A stretch of 53,254 nucleotides of DNA from a virus (lineage: Duplodnaviria; Heunggongvirae; Uroviricota; Caudoviricetes): positions 1 to 53,254 of IMG/VR virus record IMGVR_UViG_2563366998_000011; one strand, written 5' to 3'. The first letter of the stretch is position 1, and each line of letters opens with the position of its first letter. The position numbers and the translations under genes are program-made. Positions 17,966 through 26,531 of the stretch are shown here, one piece after another. The notes below the pieces were generated by a model, which had not been told where the DNA came from, did no database searches, and saw only the letters and a list, made by a program, of their open reading frames with translations.

Positions 17966-18144
17966 AAAACGAAGTTAAAGATCTGCAAATAGATATTCAG
18001 CGCGATGAGCATGATTTAGCTACAGTCCGACAAATCCGGGCTTTTCATATGCGCGAATTGCTTGCATTGAAAGAGCTTGAGAAAAAGTTAGTCCAGTCTA
18101 TTTCTGATCGTAAACAACTTATTGCTCGTTACGGGGGGAAATAA
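17962..18144 (+). CDS. Hypothetical protein
   Basis: 60 aa ORF coupled to flanking genes. Confidence 0.35.
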   Translation: MKNEVKDLQIDIQRDEHDLATVRQIRAFHMRELLALKELEKKLVQSISDRKQLIARYGGK

Positions 18145-18866
18145 TGAATTTAGAATCCATTCTGAAATTCCACTTTCCCAAATCACCGCGATTATCAGAC
18201 GAAAGCCGGGGCACATCCCCGGATGCGCTTAATACGACTGATGCGCTAACCGCTGCAGGTATGGCGCAATCGCGCGTAGAGCTTGGTTACAGCGCTTTTT
18301 TAGGGAAGATGGAACTATCGCAAGCCGAAAAACACAGGGCCGTAGTTTTGCTTACAGAGCGTTTAAGAGCTATGGCAAAAGATTACGAATACGTCATGGA
18401 GCTGGACGAGGACAAACGCAATGATCTTATTATTCTTGTTGCCGTTTTCGCGTTTCGGGATTACTGCCAGAGTGCCGCGACAGAAAAAACTTGTATGGAT
18501 TGCGGCGGATATAAATTTACGTTTGACGACTACGGAGAAAAACACCTTTGCAAAAAATGCAAGGGGCATGGAAAAGTTCGCAATCATTGTAAACGATGCA
18601 AAGGGCGCGGCGAGATACCGGATAAAGCAGCCAGTGAAGCAGCGGAAATGCCAGTGTTCAAAACGTGCCAGCATTGCGGCGGGCGCGGGTACTCGCGTTT
18701 CCCTGTAGATCTTGTCCGGCGTGCGGTTAATCAGCTTGTATTTCCGGTAAGCCGATCAACATGGTGGAAAAAATACCGGGTTTTCTATGAAGACGCCATC
18801 GCTGAATTGTTCAAGGAAGAGGCGCGGGCTGATAACGAAATTAAACGAGTTACGCGGGGTGAATGA
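18144..18866 (+). CDS. Q-like late antiterminator candidate with four CxxCxGxG zinc-finger repeats
   Basis: 240 aa; directly downstream of rusA (Q position in nin region); CMDCGGYK, CKKCKGHG, CKRCKGRG, CQHCGGRG repeats; assignment by position and zinc-finger content only. Confidence 0.45.
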   Translation: MNLESILKFHFPKSPRLSDESRGTSPDALNTTDALTAAGMAQSRVELGYSAFLGKMELSQAEKHRAVVLLTERLRAMAKDYEYVMELDEDKRNDLIILVAVFAFRDYCQSAATEKTCMDCGGYKFTFDDYGEKHLCKKCKGHGKVRNHCKRCKGRGEIPDKAASEAAEMPVFKTCQHCGGRGYSRFPVDLVRRAVNQLVFPVSRSTWWKKYRVFYEDAIAELFKEEARADNEIKRVTRGE

Positions 18867-19069
18867 TGGATAAACTGGAAATAAACGATCAGTTTGCCGT
18901 TATCTTGTTCGAAGATAAAACAGGCGGCGCATGGTGTAAGAAAGTCACTGGTGCTGAAGCACGCTTAATATTGGGTATGGCAAGCGCGTTAAATGATGGC
19001 GAATTGCCAGCCGTGCCAATTAAGCCAGTACATATTTACGGACGGAGTAACGACAATGAAAATACTTAA
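18863..19069 (+). CDS. Hypothetical protein
   Basis: 68 aa ORF, ATGATGG overlap with upstream stop. Confidence 0.4.
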   Translation: MMDKLEINDQFAVILFEDKTGGAWCKKVTGAEARLILGMASALNDGELPAVPIKPVHIYGRSNDNENT

Positions 19070-19403
19070 CATTGGGTGGCTGTATTGCGAAAACTGCGAC
19101 GACGATGGCATGGTCGTAAAAACCGAAAAAGGTTGCGGCCTCATGCTGTATCAAGGTGATAAATTCGTTTGTCCTCGCTGCGGCGGCGGTGGTGAGATAG
19201 AAATTGTTAATGATATTGCTACAGCATATAAGCCATCTCGCATTGCCCTTGATGAAAAAATAAAAATTCATCCTTATTTATTACAGCAAATTATCGATCA
19301 CGTATCGGCAGCCGCAATCTATAGCGGTAACAATTATCAGCGAGAAATGAACGTCAAACGTGCGATTGAGCAGTATTTCGAAGGTGACGACAATGAAGCC
19401 TAA
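19056..19403 (+). CDS. Hypothetical zinc-finger protein
   Basis: start MKILNIG at 19056 with GGAG RBS; CENC...CPRCGGGG. Confidence 0.45.
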   Translation: MKILNIGWLYCENCDDDGMVVKTEKGCGLMLYQGDKFVCPRCGGGGEIEIVNDIATAYKPSRIALDEKIKIHPYLLQQIIDHVSAAAIYSGNNYQREMNVKRAIEQYFEGDDNEA

Positions 19404-19662
19404 ATTAAAAGAGCATGAATTTAGGGATCTCATAAACGGAATAACCGATAAAGCTAGGATGTACTCAAATGCGCAACAGTTAAGGGCGGTTATAGTTACG
19501 GAATTAATGAAATACATTGAGCCATGCGGACCAGGCGACGAAATGACTATGGATAAGGCCATCAAGCGCCGTTCGGCTGATTGGTCGGTTAGTAACACTG
19601 GATTAACCGGATACATTGAAGGCTATAACGACTGTTTACAGGATCATGGCAATGAAAAGTAA
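19393..19662 (+). CDS. Hypothetical protein
   Basis: ORF 19360..19662, ATG at 19393. Confidence 0.4.
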   Translation: MKPKLKEHEFRDLINGITDKARMYSNAQQLRAVIVTELMKYIEPCGPGDEMTMDKAIKRRSADWSVSNTGLTGYIEGYNDCLQDHGNEK

Positions 19663-19867
19663 CCGCAAGCGCCTTGTAAGGGCATACGATAAAGCATTAA
19701 AGGCTTTTGATGATCTGCGACACAATAAGCGCCAGCGCCGCAAATGGGCGCGTATGCTTGTTTATGAGTGGCATTATTCTGATGCTTTCATGGAAAGTGC
19801 GCCGCTATTAACACAGGAACAAGCCGACGAAGTAGCTAACGATAACGTTTATTATATGATGTGGTGA
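19646..19867 (+). CDS. Hypothetical basic protein
   Basis: ORF 19616..19867, ATG at 19646. Confidence 0.4.
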   Translation: MAMKSNRKRLVRAYDKALKAFDDLRHNKRQRRKWARMLVYEWHYSDAFMESAPLLTQEQADEVANDNVYYMMW

Positions 19868-19871
19868 TAAT

Positions 19872-20237
19872 ATGCAAATAATCATTGATTATCTTTGCCA
19901 TGCTGCAAATACGCTTTTTGGTTTTTATCAACAACCATTCCTCAAAGAATGGGACGAAATGCTTAATGACATCATTGATAAAGGGTTAATAGTTGAGGTT
20001 GGCGAGCTAACGATAAAATTTAATTACGAAGGCAAAGAATATGATATATGGGTAGGTAACAGATGGTACGCATACGGGCATATTTATTCAATTGGCGGCA
20101 AATACATTAAACGTAGCCAGGAGTTCAGGCCGCGATTCCGCACAATGCGCCGCCTGCGTGACCTGCATATGAATATATTTGAAAATCAGGAAGCGTGTGA
20201 ACTATTCAAAATCTACGGAGATAAATCATGGAACTAA
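19872..20237 (+). CDS. Hypothetical protein
   Basis: 121 aa ORF. Confidence 0.45.
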   Translation: MQIIIDYLCHAANTLFGFYQQPFLKEWDEMLNDIIDKGLIVEVGELTIKFNYEGKEYDIWVGNRWYAYGHIYSIGGKYIKRSQEFRPRFRTMRRLRDLHMNIFENQEACELFKIYGDKSWN

Positions 20238-20458
20238 AAATCTGGCAGGGTATCGACGTAGTTGATAATGAATTGTCTATGTTCGCCACTAACGGGAAAC
20301 GCGTGGTGATCGCTACATGGACGCGCAACCATGATGATATAGCTTTTCGTCGCAAGGCTGCGGAGTGGCTTTTCTCTGATGAAGGCTACACGATGAATAT
20401 CTCCCAGCTTGCCAGAATGAAGGATGAAAAGCTGGTTGATAGTTACACAACTGCATAG
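20228..20458 (+). CDS. Hypothetical protein
   Basis: 76 aa ORF. Confidence 0.4.
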   Translation: MELKIWQGIDVVDNELSMFATNGKRVVIATWTRNHDDIAFRRKAAEWLFSDEGYTMNISQLARMKDEKLVDSYTTA

Positions 20459-20468
20459 TGGGGCAAAT

Positions 20469-20702
20469 ATGTGTATCTATGAACACAAGCGGGATAAAAC
20501 CCGCTTTTTTGTTCGTGCTGGCGTGGCTTACCAGTATCACGACTGCGGATATATCGAGGCGCTTGCTTACGATCTGGACTTCGAACAAGAAAAAGAATGG
20601 TTCGATTTCAAAATTTACCGGAAGCGTAAACCGACGCGCGACGAGCGACACGCTATCCGGGACTTTTTAATCAGCATAGACCGCTGGGAGACAGAGGAAT
20701 GA
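20469..20702 (+). CDS. Hypothetical protein
   Basis: ORF 20424..20702, ATG at 20469. Confidence 0.4.
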   Translation: MCIYEHKRDKTRFFVRAGVAYQYHDCGYIEALAYDLDFEQEKEWFDFKIYRKRKPTRDERHAIRDFLISIDRWETEE

Positions 20703-20986
20703 GAGCGAAGAAAACAGCAGATCAGAAAGCGTTAGTTATCACTACAACTGATGTGTCGTTATTCACGAAGGGTGAAGAAATAGATCTTAAATTACTTTTC
20801 GGCATGTTTGAGCCACACGAAAAGCCGTGGTTCGTGCATGAAGACAAACAGGGAAATATGCGCGTAGTAGTGCCGGACAAAAACAGCGACATATTTTTTG
20901 CTATTCCAGACCCGTTACATGACGGTGAATTGCTGGCGGTATTGTTGATCGCTGATGCTGTTACTTATAAAGGGAAAGAAATATGA
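20699..20986 (+). CDS. Hypothetical protein
   Basis: 95 aa ORF. Confidence 0.4.
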   Translation: MRAKKTADQKALVITTTDVSLFTKGEEIDLKLLFGMFEPHEKPWFVHEDKQGNMRVVVPDKNSDIFFAIPDPLHDGELLAVLLIADAVTYKGKEI

Positions 20987-21210
20987 AAGTTAAATTCTTG
21001 CACGATCACGGCTACCCATCATTAAAACGCGTGGTAGGGGAAACGGTAGACGTTGTTCATTCTGATGATGTGACCTGCGTCATTTTGGGTAAAGACCTTA
21101 TCGCTCACGGTGCTGATGATTACTACATTAACCCGGCGTGGTCATATACGTTTAGCCTGGGCGACTTCGTAGGCGATAAGGGGCGCGGCTTGCAAGTAGT
21201 CGAGGGTTAA
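20983..21210 (+). CDS. Hypothetical protein
   Basis: 75 aa ORF. Confidence 0.4.
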   Translation: MKVKFLHDHGYPSLKRVVGETVDVVHSDDVTCVILGKDLIAHGADDYYINPAWSYTFSLGDFVGDKGRGLQVVEG

Positions 21211-21214
21211 TATC

Positions 21215-21463
21215 ATGGACGTTTACGAAGATTTATACCTTCAAACAAATACCAGCACTTTTTATTTTTTGAAAAACGGCGTCGTATATCGCAGCGACAA
21301 CGGGGTGATAATGAAAGAGTGTTTATTTAAGCGTAAAGACCTACTCGAAGATCTGGTTTTTGCCGGGATATTTCGTAAACGTCCGGCTAACCTGGAAGAA
21401 GAAATGTTGATTGAGGTTATTAAACATGAAAATCAGGGTAAGTTATTTCCGGGCGAAAGATAA
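21215..21463 (+). CDS. Hypothetical protein
   Basis: 82 aa ORF. Confidence 0.4.
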   Translation: MDVYEDLYLQTNTSTFYFLKNGVVYRSDNGVIMKECLFKRKDLLEDLVFAGIFRKRPANLEEEMLIEVIKHENQGKLFPGER

Positions 21464-21677
21464 GGCAACAGGAAAGCGGATGGCGATCCTGGTTAATGAA
21501 GCTAATTATATGTTTGTGCTTCAGCCGTGGTGCATAGCTGACTATAACGATGATTATCGCCGTCACGGTGCGCGGGGTGCTGTAGGGATGAAGGGATGGC
21601 AACCGCGTGACATGGAAAACTATTGTGAATGGAAATTGATAGCAAAATATACGGTCGATTATAAAGGTGTTTTCTAA
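21426..21677 (+). CDS. Hypothetical protein
   Basis: ORF 21411..21677, ATG at 21426. Confidence 0.4.
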   Translation: MKIRVSYFRAKDKATGKRMAILVNEANYMFVLQPWCIADYNDDYRRHGARGAVGMKGWQPRDMENYCEWKLIAKYTVDYKGVF

Positions 21678-21883
21678 TGTACGTCAGATGCACTGAATCA
21701 AAATCATCATGCTTTGAGGTTGGCGGAATATATACCGTAGATCACCTGACTGGTGATGAACTTAACACCCAATACATTAAAGACGACCTCGGCGACGCGT
21801 GGCGCTATTGGGATTGCTACGCGCGTGGACACGTTACCAGTCAGTTTGGTACGGAACCGATCGCGCGTTTTGTTAAGTGGTGA
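21677..21883 (+). CDS. Hypothetical protein
   Basis: 68 aa ORF. Confidence 0.4.
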   Translation: MYVRCTESKSSCFEVGGIYTVDHLTGDELNTQYIKDDLGDAWRYWDCYARGHVTSQFGTEPIARFVKW

Positions 21884-21997
21884 GGCGTTGGACAACCATA
21901 AATGTGATCTGTATCACAATGTATACGAAATGGCATTGTTTCGACAGTGCCATTTTGTTATATATAAGCCACGGAAAGACGGAGGGGAGGCAAGAAG

Positions 21998-22138
21998 ATG
22001 AGCGCTAACGCTAAATATCCGGCATGGGTTTTTGAGTTATACGCCCGCTACTTTGAATTGCTGGCACAAGGTGAAGAAGCATTAAGCATTGACGAGTACG
22101 CGGAGTGCTTAGGGTTTAAAGGAGACGAAGAAGCATAA
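21998..22138 (+). CDS. Small hypothetical protein (46 aa)
   Basis: GGAGGGGAGG RBS then ATG at 21998; below track cutoff. Confidence 0.35.
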   Translation: MSANAKYPAWVFELYARYFELLAQGEEALSIDEYAECLGFKGDEEA

Positions 22139-22181
22139 AACACGGGGCCGGATGGCCCCATCAAATCAGAAGGGTGTAATC

Positions 22182-22475
22182 ATGAAAAGCGCTAAATTTA
22201 TTGCTTGCTGTTTTGTTGAAGTTCCCTATAACGATGCGTTCTATCACGCTACTTTTACCGATAAGAATGGGAATGATCACGTTATTGTCGGCAAGCGTGG
22301 TGACTGGCTTTATATAACTGATGATGATTGCATTTTCACTAAAAATCAGTTGCAAAAACTGGTTATCGGTAAACAGGAACAGGAAGGCTATCAAATCATC
22401 CCGGTGGAAAGACTGAAAAGGGAGCAGAGAATTAAACGCGCTCAAGAGGAATTAAATAACATAAAGGGTATGTGA
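22182..22475 (+). CDS. Hypothetical protein
   Basis: ORF 22152..22475, ATG at 22182. Confidence 0.4.
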   Translation: MKSAKFIACCFVEVPYNDAFYHATFTDKNGNDHVIVGKRGDWLYITDDDCIFTKNQLQKLVIGKQEQEGYQIIPVERLKREQRIKRAQEELNNIKGM

Positions 22476-22476
22476 T

Positions 22477-22731
22477 ATGAAAACAATCAGACTATGGCGC
22501 GGCAATAGCCGACTTGATGGTGAGTACATCCGCGTGATTGAAGATGTTAATCGTGGTCGGTTTTATGAATTGGCATACAGCGAAAAAAGGGAGAAAGAAT
22601 ATCTGAACGAATCGACCCCTATGTGGCGTAAAGTGGCTGGCCTTGCCTCAATTCTGCGCCACGGGTTTTATGCAGATCATAACACGCTAATTGATGCCGA
22701 ACTGGTGACAACTCTTTACGAAGGAGAATAA
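22477..22731 (+). CDS. Hypothetical protein
   Basis: 84 aa ORF. Confidence 0.4.
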   Translation: MKTIRLWRGNSRLDGEYIRVIEDVNRGRFYELAYSEKREKEYLNESTPMWRKVAGLASILRHGFYADHNTLIDAELVTTLYEGE

Positions 22732-22734
22732 ACA

Positions 22735-23058
22735 ATGAGTAAATTTATCAGCGTTAAGGTTTTCCGTGGCAATTTTCCAGAAGATAAAGAAATTGGACAA
22801 TTCGCAGGTGAACGTGGCGTATGTTTCCGTGTAGCTACTGAAGACGATGCGCACGTTAAATGCTTTCACGTATCTGAACCGCCTTTTAATGCAGACCATC
22901 TTGAAGACCTGAATAGAATTAAAAGCCTTATTTTTGCCTATCTGGCGTTCCCTGGCATAGCTGATGCTGATGTTGAATTGGTTGGGGCCGAACTGGTGGC
23001 AGAATACAAAATGACTGAAGGCGAAAACGGAGGGGTGGAAATTGAGCGCATCAAATAA
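22735..23058 (+). CDS. Hypothetical protein
   Basis: 107 aa ORF. Confidence 0.4.
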   Translation: MSKFISVKVFRGNFPEDKEIGQFAGERGVCFRVATEDDAHVKCFHVSEPPFNADHLEDLNRIKSLIFAYLAFPGIADADVELVGAELVAEYKMTEGENGGVEIERIK

Positions 23059-23293
23059 GCTGTATAAAGTCAGGTGTAAAGGCGAATACCCTGGCTTTAC
23101 GGTTGGTTGCGAATATCTGGGCCACATTGGGTACGGCCCTTTCGGTGAGTTGGGAATGAATACGATTGACGACGACGGCGACAGCAGGACGCTTGATCTT
23201 GATAGCGATGATTTCGAATACATCCCGCCAGTCACTTACCGCGTCGTCGATGATTTCCTGGCTGAACATGAAGACGAGGATGATGATGATTGA
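23042..23293 (+). CDS. Hypothetical acidic protein
   Basis: 83 aa; C-terminal EHEDEDDDD. Confidence 0.4.
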   Translation: MSASNKLYKVRCKGEYPGFTVGCEYLGHIGYGPFGELGMNTIDDDGDSRTLDLDSDDFEYIPPVTYRVVDDFLAEHEDEDDDD

Positions 23294-23480
23294 ATGCCTT
23301 ATCGCTGTGATTGTTTTGCTTTATATCGCTGGCGCGATCCTGATGTCATGTTTTATTAAGTTTAGCGGCGCTGAACCTGGTGGCCTTGAGATTCCTTTTT
23401 GGCCTGTGACTGTGTTTATCGCTTTCTTCGACGCTACGGCAGAGCAGATCAATCGAGCTATTAAGGAGCGCAAGAAATGA
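23286..23480 (+). CDS. Small membrane protein
   Basis: ORF 23166..23480; ATG cluster at 23280-23286; two hydrophobic helices. Confidence 0.4.
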   Translation: MIECLIAVIVLLYIAGAILMSCFIKFSGAEPGGLEIPFWPVTVFIAFFDATAEQINRAIKERKK

Positions 23481-23656
23481 TTGAAGATGGGGTGTACGCA
23501 ACAGTAGTAGACGGGCTGTTTTACCGCGTAGAAGGTGATGATATTCGCATCCGCGTTGGCGGTGGTGAGTGGGTAGCGCCAATCATTAAGACGACGCGAG
23601 AAACAATTAAAATATTTCTTGATGCTGGTGAACTGGTGAGGGTTAGCGACCTATGA
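23477..23656 (+). CDS. Hypothetical protein (59 aa)
   Basis: MIEDGVYATVVDG...; paralogous N-terminus with next gene. Confidence 0.35.
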   Translation: MIEDGVYATVVDGLFYRVEGDDIRIRVGGGEWVAPIIKTTRETIKIFLDAGELVRVSDL

Positions 23657-23829
23657 ACGAGATCGAAGATGGTATCTATTTACATAAGGTATTTAACATC
23701 GTCTATTTGGTTAGAGGTGAATCGGTGATGATAAGACCTGATGATGATCCTTATTGGGAATTAAGCGACATGGATCGGTGGCATATGCAAACATTGCTTG
23801 ATAATGGCCTGATATATAGAAAGCCGTAA
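23653..23829 (+). CDS. Hypothetical protein (58 aa)
   Basis: MNEIEDGIYLHK...; shares IEDG(V/I)Y start with previous gene. Confidence 0.35.
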   Translation: MNEIEDGIYLHKVFNIVYLVRGESVMIRPDDDPYWELSDMDRWHMQTLLDNGLIYRKP

Positions 23830-23851
23830 AGCCGTATTTGTTGGGGGGAAT

Positions 23852-24079
23852 ATGGAAGAAATGGTTTTACTGTCATCAATATGGCATCGGTTCGGAACTG
23901 AAAAAGGATACTCACCTGCTTGCTGGCTGGATAGTAAAAGCGGAAAGGAGTATCAAAACGAGTGCGAATTTAGAAGGGAGTGGCGAGGTGGTAAGGAAGT
24001 GCAAGGATATTTTGCACCAAAACACGTTGCCGCCAAATACAAAGAATGGCTTGTGCGTTTGCTTGGCCCTTATCGTTAA
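23852..24079 (+). CDS. Hypothetical protein
   Basis: 75 aa ORF flanked by 15-bp direct repeats TAAAGCCGTATTTGT. Confidence 0.4.
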   Translation: MEEMVLLSSIWHRFGTEKGYSPACWLDSKSGKEYQNECEFRREWRGGKEVQGYFAPKHVAAKYKEWLVRLLGPYR

Positions 24080-24087
24080 AGCCGTAT

Positions 24088-24116
24088 TTGTAGGGCGTAA
24101 ACAAACAGATTAAAAT
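24088..24116 (+). promoter_or_regulatory. Candidate late promoter (pR'-like)
   Basis: TTGTAG, 17-bp spacer, TAAAAT; upstream of tR'-like terminator and lysis cassette. Confidence 0.3.
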
Positions 24117-24144
24117 ATTCTCTAACAATGCGAAACTGTAACTA

Positions 24145-24172
24145 CCCGGCCCAGCGCCGGGTTTTTGCTTTG
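24145..24172 (+). terminator. tR'-like intrinsic terminator immediately upstream of the holin gene
   Basis: hairpin CCCGGC-CCAGC-GCCGGG followed by TTTTTGCTTTG; 15 nt before holin RBS. Confidence 0.55.
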
Positions 24173-24186
24173 TTGGAGGTAAATCT

Positions 24187-24387
24187 ATGTTCGACAAAAT
24201 ACGGGCGGCGTGCGCTTATGTAACAGGGACCGTAACCGCTTTTTTTGGTGCGATAACCATTAATGACGTTGCCGTCTTTGTGGGTATCTTATCAACCATT
24301 GGCACATTTGCCGTTAACTATTACTTCAAATCACAGGAGAACAAGCGAGCGCAAGAGGAACACGACGCACGAATGGGGAATAAGTAA
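24187..24387 (+). CDS. Holin, pinholin-like (phage 21 S type)
   Basis: 66 aa; two TM segments then YFK and charged tail; GGAGG RBS; directly precedes SAR endolysin. Confidence 0.7.
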   Translation: MFDKIRAACAYVTGTVTAFFGAITINDVAVFVGILSTIGTFAVNYYFKSQENKRAQEEHDARMGNK

Positions 24388-24388
24388 C

Positions 24389-24880
24389 ATGATTAGCCAA
24401 TCGCTAAAGAATAAAATTATTGCTGCGGCGGCTGGTGGGGCTATCGCTATTGCGGCTGTGATGGTTAAACCATTGGAAGGCGTGGAATATGATCCTTATC
24501 GTGATGTTGTCGGTGTATGGACTGTTTGCCACGGTCACACCGGAAAGGACATCATGCTTGGTAAGACTTACACGCAATTTGAATGCGATGCTTTGTTGAA
24601 CAAAGATCTACACAAAACCGCAAAAGCGATTGACCCATATATCAAAGTCGAAATATCAGATTTTACCCGCGCAGCACTTTATTCATTCGCCTATAACGTA
24701 GGCGCAACCAACTTCAAAACATCAACCTTATTAAAGCTACTTAATGACGGCAAGAAATCGGAAGCGTGCGCACAGCTTAAACGCTGGGTATACGCTGGCG
24801 GTAAGAAGTGGCAAGGCCTGGTTAACCGCCGTGATATTGAATATGCCGTTTGCGAATGGGGTGAAACATGGACAAGGTGA
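24389..24880 (+). CDS. R: SAR endolysin (lysozyme, phage 21 R type)
   Basis: ORF 24263..24880, ATG at 24389; N-terminal signal-anchor-release segment [15 protein letters not shown]; [33 protein letters not shown] matches phage 21 lysozyme as recalled. Confidence 0.9.
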   Translation: MISQSLKNKIIAAAAGGAIAIAAVMVKPLEGVEYDPYRDVVGVWTVCHGHTGKDIMLGKTYTQFECDALLNKDLHKTAKAIDPYIKVEISDFTRAALYSFAYNVGATNFKTSTLLKLLNDGKKSEACAQLKRWVYAGGKKWQGLVNRRDIEYAVCEWGETWTR

Positions 24881-25338
24881 AGACGTTAATCATCGCCGTT
24901 GTTGTTTGCATTATTGCCGGGCTTACCGCCGTAACGTGTTATTACCAGGGTGAGGCGGCAAGGTTACAGGAAGAAGTCACGGTGACGAAAGGCGCACTAA
25001 AAACAGCAAGTAACACTATCCAGCAGATGAAGGAGCGAAACGCCGAACTGTCAAAACTTGATAAGAGGTATCACGATGAGATTAAAGCTATCAGATCTGA
25101 CATTGCCGATCTTCGCGCTGGCATTGATAGCGGTGCTATCAGGTTGCACGTCAACGCCGAGCCAGTGTACGTGCACGACGCCACCGGAACCGCCAGCAGC
25201 ATTAATGGAGCCACCTGTAGACTTACTGCCAGTGCTCAATCAAATTATCTATCCCTCAGAGAACAACTAAAAGAGAAAGACGCGAAGATCACCGGATTAC
25301 AGGACTACATCAAAACGCAGTGCATACGCAAAGAATAA
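24868..25338 (+). CDS. Rz: Rz-like inner-membrane spanin
   Basis: 156 aa; N-terminal TM helix then coiled-coil periplasmic domain; follows endolysin. Confidence 0.8.
   Translation: MDKVKTLIIAVVVCIIAGLTAVTCYYQGEAARLQEEVTVTKGALKTASNTIQQMKERNAELSKLDKRYHDEIKAIRSDIADLRAGIDSGAIRLHVNAEPVYVHDATGTASSINGATCRLTASAQSNYLSLREQLKEKDAKITGLQDYIKTQCIRKE
25076..25270 (+). CDS. Rz1: Rz1-like outer-membrane lipoprotein spanin embedded in Rz
   Basis: ORF 25058..25270 in alternate frame inside Rz; start MRLKLSDL at 25076 with AAGAGG; lipobox LSGC; Pro-rich. Confidence 0.75.
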   Translation: MRLKLSDLTLPIFALALIAVLSGCTSTPSQCTCTTPPEPPAALMEPPVDLLPVLNQIIYPSENN

Positions 25339-25606
25339 CAGCGCGCGGACGTGTCGCCGTTTCCGCCAGCCAGCCATAACCGGGCCAATCCTTCCCGCGA
25401 GCGACAGCGGAAATTCAAAAACACGTAATACCGGATCAACAGTCCCATTAACAGGTCGGGCGCTACCTGGGTAGAAGAAAGCGCCATTCACCAATTTTAT
25501 AAAATTCTGGAAACGGTACTGATGAAGCGCCGTTCTCAGTGTTTTATGTCATTCCTGCCGCTGTATAAACAGGAAGTAAAAGCAAACCAGACAGGAGATT
25601 ATTCTG

Positions 25607-26179
25607 ATGGCTAAGGCTAAAGGCATTAAGTTGCCTCAATTCAAAGTCCCGCTCTTTGAGCATACAACCGTTTTCTTTTGCCCGACCCGCGAGATGTTCT
25701 ATGAATTTTGCGAAAAGGCCGGAATACCAATCGAACCTGATTTCGAACTAGCTGGCGGTCTGACGTTAACCTGTACTGGTGAGACCGGCGGTAATTTCTA
25801 CGTGATCGCAGTATTCAACAATGAGACTGGAACGCTGGTCCATGAATGCGCTCACACTACATTCCACGTTTTAAGTGATGTAGGCGTCGTGGCGACCACT
25901 GATCCTACTCATCCTGCGAATGAGACTTACGCTTACATGGTTGGACGTATCTTTGACGCATTCTTCCCAATCCTGGCTGAATCAAACGAAGCACAGATCA
26001 CAGCGATGCAGGCGGCTGAAGTCGTTGAGCAGGCGTTAGAAAAGGCAGAGCAGGCGACTGATGCAGCAGAACAGGCAGAGGAGCCGAAAGAAGAGAAAAA
26101 ACCAGCTAAGAAAGGCAAACGTAAGCCGAAAGCAAAAGAGGCGCTTGTACCGCGCGTTATGAGCTTTAAGAGAGGGTAA
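25607..26179 (+). CDS. Hypothetical protein with HExxH motif and Lys-rich tail
   Basis: 190 aa; VHECAHTTFH (HExxH); C-terminal KEEKKPAKKGKRKPKAK. Confidence 0.5.
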   Translation: MAKAKGIKLPQFKVPLFEHTTVFFCPTREMFYEFCEKAGIPIEPDFELAGGLTLTCTGETGGNFYVIAVFNNETGTLVHECAHTTFHVLSDVGVVATTDPTHPANETYAYMVGRIFDAFFPILAESNEAQITAMQAAEVVEQALEKAEQATDAAEQAEEPKEEKKPAKKGKRKPKAKEALVPRVMSFKRG

Positions 26180-26181
26180 TT

Positions 26182-26250
26182 ATGTTTACTTTTCTGTTAG
26201 GCGTATTTGTTGGCATAGCTGCCGCTGTGATCTTGATATACGGACATTGA
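26182..26250 (+). CDS. Mini-ORF a (22 aa) hydrophobic peptide
   Basis: MFTFLLGVFVGIAAAVILIYGH; AGAGGG RBS 6 nt upstream. Confidence 0.4.
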   Translation: MFTFLLGVFVGIAAAVILIYGH

Positions 26251-26254
26251 TATT

Positions 26255-26359
26255 ATGGATGCTTACATCATCGCCGGATTAATCGGCGTTTCTGTGTTTC
26301 TTGTGGGTTCTATTATAGTTGCGCTGATAAACGTATATATCAAGTATTTGGTGGGGTGA
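26255..26359 (+). CDS. Mini-ORF b (34 aa) hydrophobic peptide
   Basis: MDAYIIAGLIGVSVFLVGSIIVALINVYIKYLVG. Confidence 0.4.
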   Translation: MDAYIIAGLIGVSVFLVGSIIVALINVYIKYLVG

Positions 26360-26364
26360 AAAAT

Positions 26365-26439
26365 ATGATTGACCCGCTAATTATCCTTTCTGCCTGCGTC
26401 GCTGTATGGCTGGCGATCATGATATTCATTGAAAGCTGA
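26365..26439 (+). CDS. Mini-ORF c (24 aa) hydrophobic peptide
   Basis: MIDPLIILSACVAVWLAIMIFIES. Confidence 0.4.
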   Translation: MIDPLIILSACVAVWLAIMIFIES

Positions 26440-26450
26440 AGGTATCCACA

Positions 26451-26531
26451 ATGAACGCATACGAAATGCTATTGCTGGTGGCTGTTATTACAGTTATTGC
26501 CGTAGATGTTTATCGGGAGTTTAAAAAATGA
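26451..26531 (+). CDS. Mini-ORF d (26 aa) hydrophobic peptide
   Basis: MNAYEMLLLVAVITVIAVDVYREFKK; stop overlaps next start (ATGA). Confidence 0.4.
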   Translation: MNAYEMLLLVAVITVIAVDVYREFKK

